A stretch of 24,000 nucleotides of DNA from the NCBI RefSeq assembly GCF_001888805.2, contig NZ_CP019113.1:1381972-1405971 (forward strand), written 5' to 3'. A program made the position numbers and the translations under genes. Under the pieces are notes generated by a model that saw only the letters and a program-made list of their open reading frames with translations, did no database searches and was not told the DNA's origin. Positions 17,439-24,000 of the stretch are shown here, piece by piece. The number at the start of each line of letters is the position of its first letter. Position 1 is the stretch's first letter. The stretch comes from Enterobacter sp. SA187. Lineage in GTDB: Bacteria > Pseudomonadota > Gammaproteobacteria > Enterobacterales > Enterobacteriaceae.

Positions 17439-18899
17439 GTGGATATTTCAATACTGTTAAGCGTGGCGGCAGCGCTGCTGGGCGGCGTCATGCTGGGATG
17501 GCTGGCCATGAAATCGCGCGCCGATCAGCTGCGGGCCGATCTGCTCGAAGATCGCCGGGAACTGGACATCGAATTAAGCGCGGCCAGACAACAGCTGGCG
17601 CAGAACCAGCACTGGCGCAACGAGTGCGAACTGCTGAATAACGAACTGCGCAGCCTGCGGGAAATTAATACCTCGCTGGAAGCCGATCTGCGCGAAGTCA
17701 CCACCCGTCTTGAATCCACCCAACTGCATGCGGAAGACAAAATCCGCCAGATGATCAACAGTGAACAGCGCCTCAGCGAGCAGTTCGAAAACCTCGCCAA
17801 CCGCATTTTTGAACAGAGCAACCGCCGGGTGGATGAGCAGAACCGCCAGAGCCTCGGCAGTTTACTGACGCCGCTGCGCGAACAGCTGGACGGTTTTCGT
17901 CGTCAGGTACAGGACAGCTTTGGGCAGGAGGCGCGCGAGCGGCACACGCTGGCGCACGAGATCCGCAATCTCCAGCAACTGAACGCGCAGATGGCGCAGG
18001 AAGCGGTGAACCTCACCCGCGCCCTCAAGGGCGATAACAAAACCCAGGGCAACTGGGGCGAAGTGGTGTTAACCCGTGTGCTGGAGGCGTCCGGCTTGCG
18101 GCACGGTTATGAGTACGAAACCCAGGTCAGTATCGAGACCGACGCGCGGGCGCGTATGCAGCCGGATGTGATTGTCCGTCTGCCGCAGGGTAAAGACGTG
18201 GTGATTGACGCCAAAATGACGCTGGTGGCCTACGAGCGCTATTTTAACGCCGAAGAAGACTATACCCGCGAAACCGCGTTGCAGGAGCACCTCGCCTCGG
18301 TGCGCAGCCACATTCGTCTGCTGGGCCGCAAGGATTATCAGCAATTGCCGGGGCTGCGTTCGCTGGATTACGTGCTGATGTTTATCCCCGTCGAACCGGC
18401 GTTTTTGCTGGCGCTGGATCGGCAGCCGGAGCTGATCAACGAAGCATTGAAAAACAATATCATGCTGGTCAGCCCCACCACCCTGCTGGTGGCGCTGCGC
18501 ACCATTGCTAATCTCTGGCGCTACGAGCATCAAAGCCGCAACGCCCAGCAGATCGCCGACCGCGCCAGCCGCCTGTACGACAAAATGCGCCTGTTTGTGG
18601 ATGATATGTCGTCCATCGGCCAGGGGCTGGATAAAGCGCAGGATAACTACCGCCAGGCGATGAAAAAACTCACCTCCGGGCGCGGCAATCTGCTGGCGCA
18701 GGCCGAGGCGTTTCGCGGGCTGGGGGTGGAGGTCAAACGCGAGATTAATCCGGATTTGGTTGAACAGGCCACCGCCCAGGACGAGGAGTTTCGTTTGCGT
18801 GCCGGTGAGCCGGACGCTGAAGAATCTCAGGAAGACAATGAATTAGCTACGCGAGCCGCGGTGAATGACAGCCCGGAGCGCGTATCGCAAGGCGGTTGA
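17439..18899 (+). CDS. rmuC: DNA recombination protein RmuC, ~486 aa, N-terminal TM helix plus coiled coil plus RmuC nuclease-like domain
   Basis: It is collinear with the remembered E. coli RmuC (e.g. HWRNECELLNNELRSL, IRQMINSEQRLSEQFENLANRIF, GNWGEVVLTRVLEASGLR, DVVIDAKMTLVAYERYF). The GTG at 17439 (VDISILLSVAAALLGG, aligning with MDFSIMVYAVIALVG) is preceded by AGGGGA. The track ORF start at 17265 lies inside udp and is rejected. The exact start is uncertain. Confidence 0.85.
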   Translation: MDISILLSVAAALLGGVMLGWLAMKSRADQLRADLLEDRRELDIELSAARQQLAQNQHWRNECELLNNELRSLREINTSLEADLREVTTRLESTQLHAEDKIRQMINSEQRLSEQFENLANRIFEQSNRRVDEQNRQSLGSLLTPLREQLDGFRRQVQDSFGQEARERHTLAHEIRNLQQLNAQMAQEAVNLTRALKGDNKTQGNWGEVVLTRVLEASGLRHGYEYETQVSIETDARARMQPDVIVRLPQGKDVVIDAKMTLVAYERYFNAEEDYTRETALQEHLASVRSHIRLLGRKDYQQLPGLRSLDYVLMFIPVEPAFLLALDRQPELINEALKNNIMLVSPTTLLVALRTIANLWRYEHQSRNAQQIADRASRLYDKMRLFVDDMSSIGQGLDKAQDNYRQAMKKLTSGRGNLLAQAEAFRGLGVEVKREINPDLVEQATAQDEEFRLRAGEPDAEESQEDNELATRAAVNDSPERVSQGG

Positions 18900-18965
18900 A
18901 ACATAGGGCAATTGCGCCCAATCTGTTACACTTCACGAACAATTTCTTGATAAGCAGGCACTGAG

Positions 18966-19733
18966 ATGGCGGAAGATCGACAAGAAACTTCACAGGACAC
19001 GACCCACTTTGGTTATCAGACCGTCGCCAAAACGCAGAAAGCTGACATGGTGGCGCACGTATTTCATTCCGTGGCGGCAAAATACGATGTCATGAACGAT
19101 CTGATGTCCTTTGGCATCCATCGTTTATGGAAGCGTTTTACGATCGATTGCAGCGGCGTGCGCCGTGGGCAGAAAGTGCTCGATCTGGCAGGCGGCACCG
19201 GTGATCTGACGGCGAAATTCTCGCGTCTGGTGGGTGAAACCGGGCAAGTGGTGCTGGCAGATATTAACGACTCGATGCTGAAAGTGGGCCGCGACAAGCT
19301 GCGTAATATTGGCGTCATCGGCAACGTTGAATATGTACAGGCGAATGCCGAAGCGCTGCCGTTCCCGGATAACACCTTTGACTGCATTACTATCTCCTTT
19401 GGTCTGCGTAACGTGACCGATAAAGAGAAAGCGCTGCGTTCAATGTTCCGCGTGCTGAAGCCGGGCGGTCGTCTGCTGGTGCTGGAATTCTCCAAACCGG
19501 TTATCGAGCCGCTGAGTAAAGCCTATGACGCCTACTCGTTCCATATTCTGCCGCGCATCGGCGAACTGGTTGCCAGCGACGCCGGTAGCTATCGTTATCT
19601 GGCAGAATCCATTCGTATGCATCCCAATCAGGATACGCTGAAGGCGATGATGCAGGACGCGGGCTTTGAAAATGTCGATTACTACAATCTGACCGCCGGT
19701 ATCGTTGCCCTGCATCGTGGTTATAAGTTCTGA
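18966..19733 (+). CDS. ubiE: Demethylmenaquinone / 2-methoxy-6-polyprenyl-1,4-benzoquinol C-methyltransferase, 255 aa
   Basis: [46 protein letters not shown] and the SAM motif [10 protein letters not shown] are near-identical to the remembered E. coli UbiE. Confidence 0.95.
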   Translation: MAEDRQETSQDTTHFGYQTVAKTQKADMVAHVFHSVAAKYDVMNDLMSFGIHRLWKRFTIDCSGVRRGQKVLDLAGGTGDLTAKFSRLVGETGQVVLADINDSMLKVGRDKLRNIGVIGNVEYVQANAEALPFPDNTFDCITISFGLRNVTDKEKALRSMFRVLKPGGRLLVLEFSKPVIEPLSKAYDAYSFHILPRIGELVASDAGSYRYLAESIRMHPNQDTLKAMMQDAGFENVDYYNLTAGIVALHRGYKF

Positions 19734-19745
19734 CAGGAGTCTGCC

Positions 19746-20351
19746 ATGCCCTTTAAGCCTTTAATGACCGCCGGGATAGAGCGTGTGCTTAATACGTTTT
19801 TATACCGTCCTCAGGCCCTGAAACCTGCACGCCAGCGCTTACAGGGCAAGGTGCTGCGTATTGTCGTCAAAGAGCTTTCCACGCCGCTGGTGCTGGCGTT
19901 CAGCGAGCGTCAGCTTGATGTGCTGGGCGAGTGGGAGGGCGAAGCAGACTGTACGGTCATTACCCGACTGCGCGTCCTGCCGACCCTGCGCGATCGTAAA
20001 CAGCTCACCTCGCTTATCCGTAGCGGCGAGCTGGAAGTGCAGGGCGATTTGCAGGTGGTGCAAAACTTCGGGGCATTAATGGATCTGGCCGAGTTTGACG
20101 CGGCGGAGCTGTTAGCGCCCTGGACCGGTGATATTGCCGCTGAAGGCATCAGCCAGGCGCTGCGCGGCGGCACGGCCTTTGTACGCAAGAATTTTCAGCG
20201 CCAGCAGCAGTATGTCGCTGAAACCCTGACCGAGGAGTGGCGTATGGCACCCGGCGCGCTGGAAGTGGCCTGGTTCGCAGAAGAAACCGCAGCTATCGCG
20301 CGTTCGGTTGACGCGTTAACCCACCGTCTGGAAAAACTGGAGGGCAAATGA
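19746..20351 (+). CDS. ubiJ: Ubiquinone biosynthesis accessory factor UbiJ (SCP2 domain), 201 aa
   Basis: [26 protein letters not shown]...[16 protein letters not shown]...[18 protein letters not shown] is collinear with E. coli YigP/UbiJ (201 aa). It sits in the conserved position between ubiE and ubiB. Confidence 0.9.
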   Translation: MPFKPLMTAGIERVLNTFLYRPQALKPARQRLQGKVLRIVVKELSTPLVLAFSERQLDVLGEWEGEADCTVITRLRVLPTLRDRKQLTSLIRSGELEVQGDLQVVQNFGALMDLAEFDAAELLAPWTGDIAAEGISQALRGGTAFVRKNFQRQQQYVAETLTEEWRMAPGALEVAWFAEETAAIARSVDALTHRLEKLEGK

Positions 20352-21994
20352 CGCCTGGTGAAATTCGGCGCCTTTACTTCATCATCCAAACTTTTTTGAG
20401 TTACGGGCTTGATGAGCTCATCCCCAGAATGCGTCTTACCATGCCGCTTCGCCTCTGGCGCCGCACGCTGTTCTGGATGCCAAATCGCCACAAAGACAAG
20501 GAATTAGGCCATCGCCTGCGTCTGGCATTACAGGAACTGGGCCCGGTATGGATTAAATTCGGACAGATGCTGTCCACCCGCCGCGACCTTTTCCCGCCGG
20601 TCATTGCCGACCAGCTTGCCATGTTGCAGGACCGCGTGGCGCCTTTCGATGGCGCGCTGGCTAAGCGACAAATCGAAAAAGCGATGGGCGGTATTCCTGT
20701 TGAAACCTGGTTTGATGATTTTGACATCAAGCCGCTGGCGTCGGCGTCTATTGCGCAGGTGCATACCGCCCGGCTGAAAGAGAACGGCAAAGAGGTGGTC
20801 ATCAAAGTGATCCGCCCGGACATTTTGCCGGTCATCAAAGCCGATATGCGCCTTATCTACCGCCTTGCCCGCTGGGTGCCGCGCTTGCTGCCGGATGGTC
20901 GCCGTTTGCGTCCGCTGGAAGTGGTGCATGAATACGAAAAAACGCTGATCGACGAGCTGAATTTACTGCGCGAAGCCGCTAACGCCATCCAGCTGCGCCG
21001 CAATTTCGAAGACAGCCCGATGCTCTACGTGCCGGAAATTTACTCCGACTATTGCAGCCAGGACATGCTGGTGATGGAGCGTATTTACGGCATCCCCATC
21101 AACGACGTGGCGGCGCTGGAGAAAAACGGCACCAATCTGAAGTTGCTGGCAGAGCGTGGCGTACAGGTGTTCTTTACTCAGGTGTTCCGCGACAGCTTCT
21201 TCCATGCGGATATGCATCCGGGCAATATTTTTGTCAGCTATGAACATCCGGAAGATCCGCAGTATATCGGGATCGACTGCGGCATCGTGGGTTCGCTGAA
21301 CAAAGAAGACAAGCGCTATCTGGCCGAGAACTTTATCGCCTTCTTTAACCGCGACTACCGTAAAGTGGCGGAATTGCATGTGGATTCAGGCTGGGTACCG
21401 CCGGACACCAACGTGGAAGAGTTCGAGTTCGCTATCCGCACCGTCTGCGAGCCTATCTTCGAGAAGCCGCTGGCGGAGATCTCCTTTGGTCACGTGCTGC
21501 TGAATCTGTTCAATACCGCGCGCCGCTTCAATATGGAAGTGCAACCGCAGCTGGTGCTGCTGCAAAAGACGCTGCTGTATGTGGAAGGGGTTGGCCGTCA
21601 GCTCTATCCGCAGCTCGATTTATGGAAAACCGCGAAACCTTTCCTTGAATCCTGGATCAAAGATCAGGTGGGCATTCCGGCGCTGATCCGTTCGCTGAAA
21701 GAAAAAGCGCCGTTCTGGGTGGAAAAAATGCCGGAACTGCCGGAGCTGATTTACAACAATCTGCGCCAGAGTAAGCAGTTGCAGCACAGCGTGGAGCAAA
21801 TCTCCCGTGATCTGCACGTTAACCATATGCGTCAGGGGCAATCGCGCTATTTGTTCGGCATTGGGGCAACGTTGATACTCAGTGGTACATTATTGCTGAT
21901 TAACCGCCCTGATTGGCAGTCGGCCCCGGCCTGGCTGATGGCGGGCGGGCTGGTCATCTGGCTGATTGGCTGGCGTAAGACGCGCGCAATTTGA
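20348..21994 (+). CDS. ubiB: Ubiquinone biosynthesis atypical kinase-like protein UbiB (ABC1/ADCK family), 548 aa
   Basis: [26 protein letters not shown]...[20 protein letters not shown]...ASIAQVH...[10 protein letters not shown] is near-identical to the remembered E. coli UbiB. C-terminal TM helices are present. The start overlaps the ubiJ stop (ATGA). Confidence 0.95.
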   Translation: MTPGEIRRLYFIIQTFLSYGLDELIPRMRLTMPLRLWRRTLFWMPNRHKDKELGHRLRLALQELGPVWIKFGQMLSTRRDLFPPVIADQLAMLQDRVAPFDGALAKRQIEKAMGGIPVETWFDDFDIKPLASASIAQVHTARLKENGKEVVIKVIRPDILPVIKADMRLIYRLARWVPRLLPDGRRLRPLEVVHEYEKTLIDELNLLREAANAIQLRRNFEDSPMLYVPEIYSDYCSQDMLVMERIYGIPINDVAALEKNGTNLKLLAERGVQVFFTQVFRDSFFHADMHPGNIFVSYEHPEDPQYIGIDCGIVGSLNKEDKRYLAENFIAFFNRDYRKVAELHVDSGWVPPDTNVEEFEFAIRTVCEPIFEKPLAEISFGHVLLNLFNTARRFNMEVQPQLVLLQKTLLYVEGVGRQLYPQLDLWKTAKPFLESWIKDQVGIPALIRSLKEKAPFWVEKMPELPELIYNNLRQSKQLQHSVEQISRDLHVNHMRQGQSRYLFGIGATLILSGTLLLINRPDWQSAPAWLMAGGLVIWLIGWRKTRAI

Positions 21995-22064
21995 TCGTTC
22001 ACAACGGGCCGCTTAACGTATACTGTGGCCCGGTTTATTCATCATTTATCACTGGGGATAAGGT

Positions 22065-22316
22065 ATGGGTGGTATCAGTATTTGGCAGTTACTTATCATC
22101 GCCGTCATCGTTGTGCTGCTGTTCGGCACTAAAAAACTCGGTTCGATTGGTTCAGATTTAGGCGCATCGATCAAAGGCTTCAAAAAAGCCATGAGCGATG
22201 ATGACAAACATGCAAAACCGGCAGAAGACGCGGATTTTACGGCGAAATCCATTGCTGAAAAGCCGGATGATGTGAAGAAAGAAGACGCGAAGCGTCACGA
22301 TAAAGAGCAGGTGTAA
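22065..22316 (+). CDS. tatA: Twin-arginine translocase subunit TatA, 83 aa
   Basis: [46 protein letters not shown] is identical or near-identical to the E. coli TatA N-terminus. GGATAAGG SD is present. Confidence 0.95.
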   Translation: MGGISIWQLLIIAVIVVLLFGTKKLGSIGSDLGASIKGFKKAMSDDDKHAKPAEDADFTAKSIAEKPDDVKKEDAKRHDKEQV

Positions 22317-22319
22317 TTC

Positions 22320-22859
22320 GTGTTCGATATTGGCTTTGGTGAATTAGTTCTGGTTTTCGTTATCGGCCTCATTGTTCTGGGGCCGCAACGTCTGCCAGTG
22401 GCGGTTAAAACGGTGGCAGGCTGGGTACGCGCGCTGCGCTCCCTTGCCTCTACCGTACAAAATGAACTTGCCCAGGAGCTTAAGCTTCAGGAATTTCAGG
22501 ACAGCCTGAAGAAAGTTGAAAAAGCCAGTCTGGATAATCTGACGCCGGAACTGAAAGCCTCCATGGATGAACTGCGTGAAGCGGCGGAATCGATGAAGCG
22601 CTCCTACAGCGCTAACGATCCGGAGAAAGAGAGCGATGTCGCGCATACCATCCATAATCCGCTGGTAAAAGATAACGAAGCGCAGCATGAAGGCATTACG
22701 CCAGCCACGGCAGAAAATCAGGCCAGCGCGCCGGAACAGAAGCCGTCGACGGAGCCTGAAGACAACGCTGTCCGGCCGAACGATGCCGCTGTCGTGAAAA
22801 GCCCCGTACAGGCAGCGCCTGCTTCCGATTCAACCCCTTCAACGAGTGGTAAATCTTAA
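22320..22859 (+). CDS. tatB: Twin-arginine translocase subunit TatB, 179 aa (GTG start)
   Basis: (M)[42 protein letters not shown] matches E. coli TatB, which also uses GTG. It lies 3 nt after tatA. Confidence 0.95.
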   Translation: MFDIGFGELVLVFVIGLIVLGPQRLPVAVKTVAGWVRALRSLASTVQNELAQELKLQEFQDSLKKVEKASLDNLTPELKASMDELREAAESMKRSYSANDPEKESDVAHTIHNPLVKDNEAQHEGITPATAENQASAPEQKPSTEPEDNAVRPNDAAVVKSPVQAAPASDSTPSTSGKS

Positions 22860-22861
22860 AC

Positions 22862-23635
22862 ATGGCTGTAGAAGATACCCAACCGCTGATCTCGCATCTG
22901 ATTGAACTGCGTAAGCGTCTGCTGAACAGCATTATCGCCGTGCTGCTGATTTTTCTGGCGCTGGTCTATTTTGCCAATGACATTTATCAACTGGTGTCGG
23001 CCCCGCTGATCAAGCAGATGCCGGAAGGCGCCACTATGATCGCCACCGATGTGGCATCGCCGTTCTTTACGCCGATCAAGCTGACTTTTATGGTGTCGCT
23101 GATCCTCTCTGCGCCGGTTATTCTCTATCAGGTGTGGGCATTTGTGGCGCCGGCGCTGTACCGGCATGAACGCCGTCTGGTGATCCCGCTGCTGGTTTCC
23201 AGTTCGCTGCTGTTTTACATCGGGATGGCGTTCGCCTATTTCGTGGTCTTCCCGCTGGCGTTTGGCTTCCTGACGCATACCGCGCCCGTTGGCGTGCAGG
23301 TTTCAACAGATATTGCCAGCTACCTTGATTTCGTCATGGCGTTGTTTATGGCCTTTGGCGTGTCCTTTGAAGTGCCGGTGGCTATTGTGCTTATCTGCTG
23401 GATGGGCGTGACCACGCCGGAAGAACTGCGCAAGAAACGCCCTTATGTATTAGTGGGGGCGTTTGTGGTCGGGATGCTGCTGACGCCGCCGGATGTTTTC
23501 TCGCAGACGCTGCTGGCGATCCCGATGTATTGCCTGTTTGAAATCGGCGTATTTTTCTCGCGGTTCTACGTCGGCAAGCGGCGTTTCCGCAGCGACGAAA
23601 GCGACGAAGACGACAGCGAAAGCACAAAAGAGTAA
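22862..23635 (+). CDS. tatC: Twin-arginine translocase subunit TatC, 257 aa
   Basis: [28 protein letters not shown]... has six TM segments and is near-identical to the remembered E. coli TatC (258 aa). It lies 2 nt after tatB. Confidence 0.95.
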   Translation: MAVEDTQPLISHLIELRKRLLNSIIAVLLIFLALVYFANDIYQLVSAPLIKQMPEGATMIATDVASPFFTPIKLTFMVSLILSAPVILYQVWAFVAPALYRHERRLVIPLLVSSSLLFYIGMAFAYFVVFPLAFGFLTHTAPVGVQVSTDIASYLDFVMALFMAFGVSFEVPVAIVLICWMGVTTPEELRKKRPYVLVGAFVVGMLLTPPDVFSQTLLAIPMYCLFEIGVFFSRFYVGKRRFRSDESDEDDSESTKE

Positions 23636-23641
23636 TCAATG

Positions 23642-23659
23642 GCCGCCCGAAAGGGCGGT
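23642..23659 (+). terminator. Short GC stem with GAAA tetraloop between tatC and tatD; a possible weak terminator or RNA-stabilising hairpin
   Basis: CCGCCC (23643-23648) and GGGCGG (23653-23658) form the stem around loop GAAA, followed only by TTGTCAT, which is a poor U-tract. Confidence 0.35.
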
Positions 23660-23677
23660 TGTCATATGGAGGACGGC

Positions 23678-24000
23678 ATGTTTGATATTGGGGTCAACCT
23701 GACCAGTTCGCAGTTCGCTACAGACAGCGATGAGGTGGTGGCGCGGGCTTTCGCCGCGGGCGTTAAAGGCATGCTGCTGACCGGCACCAGTCTGCATGAC
23801 AGCGAGCAGGCACAGCGGCTGGCTCAGCGTCATGCGCATTGCTGGTCTACGGCGGGCGTGCATCCCCATGACAGCAGCCAGTGGGATGCAAACACCGCAG
23901 ACGCGGTTTTCGCGCTGGCCCGTCAGCCGGAAGTGGTGGCGATTGGCGAATGCGGCCTGGATTTTAACCGCAATTTTTCCCCGGCAGCCGATCAGGAAGC
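23678..24000 (+). CDS. tatD: TatD-family Mg-dependent 3'-5' DNase/exonuclease, 5' part (runs off the window end)
   Basis: By hand translation: [69 protein letters not shown]...[12 protein letters not shown]. This matches the remembered E. coli TatD. GGAGG lies 5 nt upstream of ATG 23678. An in-frame ATG at 23666 is the alternative start. It is absent from the ORF track because no stop lies in the window. Confidence 0.9.
   Translation, partial: MFDIGVNLTSSQFATDSDEVVARAFAAGVKGMLLTGTSLHDSEQAQRLAQRHAHCWSTAGVHPHDSSQWDANTADAVFALARQPEVVAIGECGLDFNRNFSPAADQE

Noticed and set aside
18900-18965. GGGCAATTGCGCCC in the rmuC-ubiE spacer, considered as a terminator.
   Set aside because: The stem is only 4 bp and there is no U-tract. 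It is not credible as an intrinsic terminator.
20100-20351. A possible EsrE-like sRNA reported within the 3' part of E. coli yigP/ubiJ.
   Set aside because: I cannot identify a promoter or terminator signature for it by eye, and ubiJ is directly overlapped by ubiB (ATGA). The sequence neither supports nor excludes it, so no call is made.
22005-22032. A CGGGCC...GGCCCG hairpin after ubiB with an embedded TATACT (22019-22024), considered as a ubiB terminator and a tatA -10.
   Set aside because: The stem is only 6 bp with a 16-nt loop. The best -35-like hexamer (TTGATC 21991-21996) is 22 nt away. This is too weak to annotate, although a tatA promoter must lie somewhere in 21995-22064.

Overview
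This is an enterobacterial chromosomal segment with high GC. By recall, the core proteins are collinear with and close to E. coli K-12 orthologues; no search was possible. There are three blocks. (1) nt 1-4400: the 3' end of an upstream gene, then kdgK(-), pdeH/yhjH(+) and the AsmA-family gene yhjG(+), with a textbook sigma28 promoter in front of pdeH and a KdgR-like box in front of kdgK. (2) nt ~4430-15450: an ~11 kb segment holding two modules that I do not recognise as part of the K-12 neighbourhood of either flank. 2a is a DeoR-family regulator divergent from a six-gene, translationally coupled operon: an Fbp/Afu-type periplasmic binding protein, a fused double permease, an ATPase, a compact beta-CASP-like metallo-beta-lactamase-fold protein, a histidine phosphatase, and a stand-alone HAD phosphatase resembling the T4 Pnkp 3'-phosphatase domain. 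2b is a minus-strand bgl-like operon in the order PTS EIIBCA, GH1 6-phospho-beta-glucosidase, BglG/LicT antiterminator, preceded by a clear RAT/terminator riboswitch-like leader. (3) nt 15451-24000: the conserved ysgA(-), udp, rmuC, ubiE-ubiJ-ubiB, tatABC, tatD(partial) block, with tandem CRP sites at the udp promoter. I saw no tRNA/rRNA, CRISPR array, IS element, integrase or flanking direct repeats. The best candidate for an undescribed system is module 2a. Its architecture suggests uptake and stepwise dephosphorylation or cleavage of an organophosphate (phosphodiester, phosphosugar or nucleotide-type substrate), not iron transport as automated annotation would probably assign. All product calls rest on motifs read by eye and remembered orthologue sequences.
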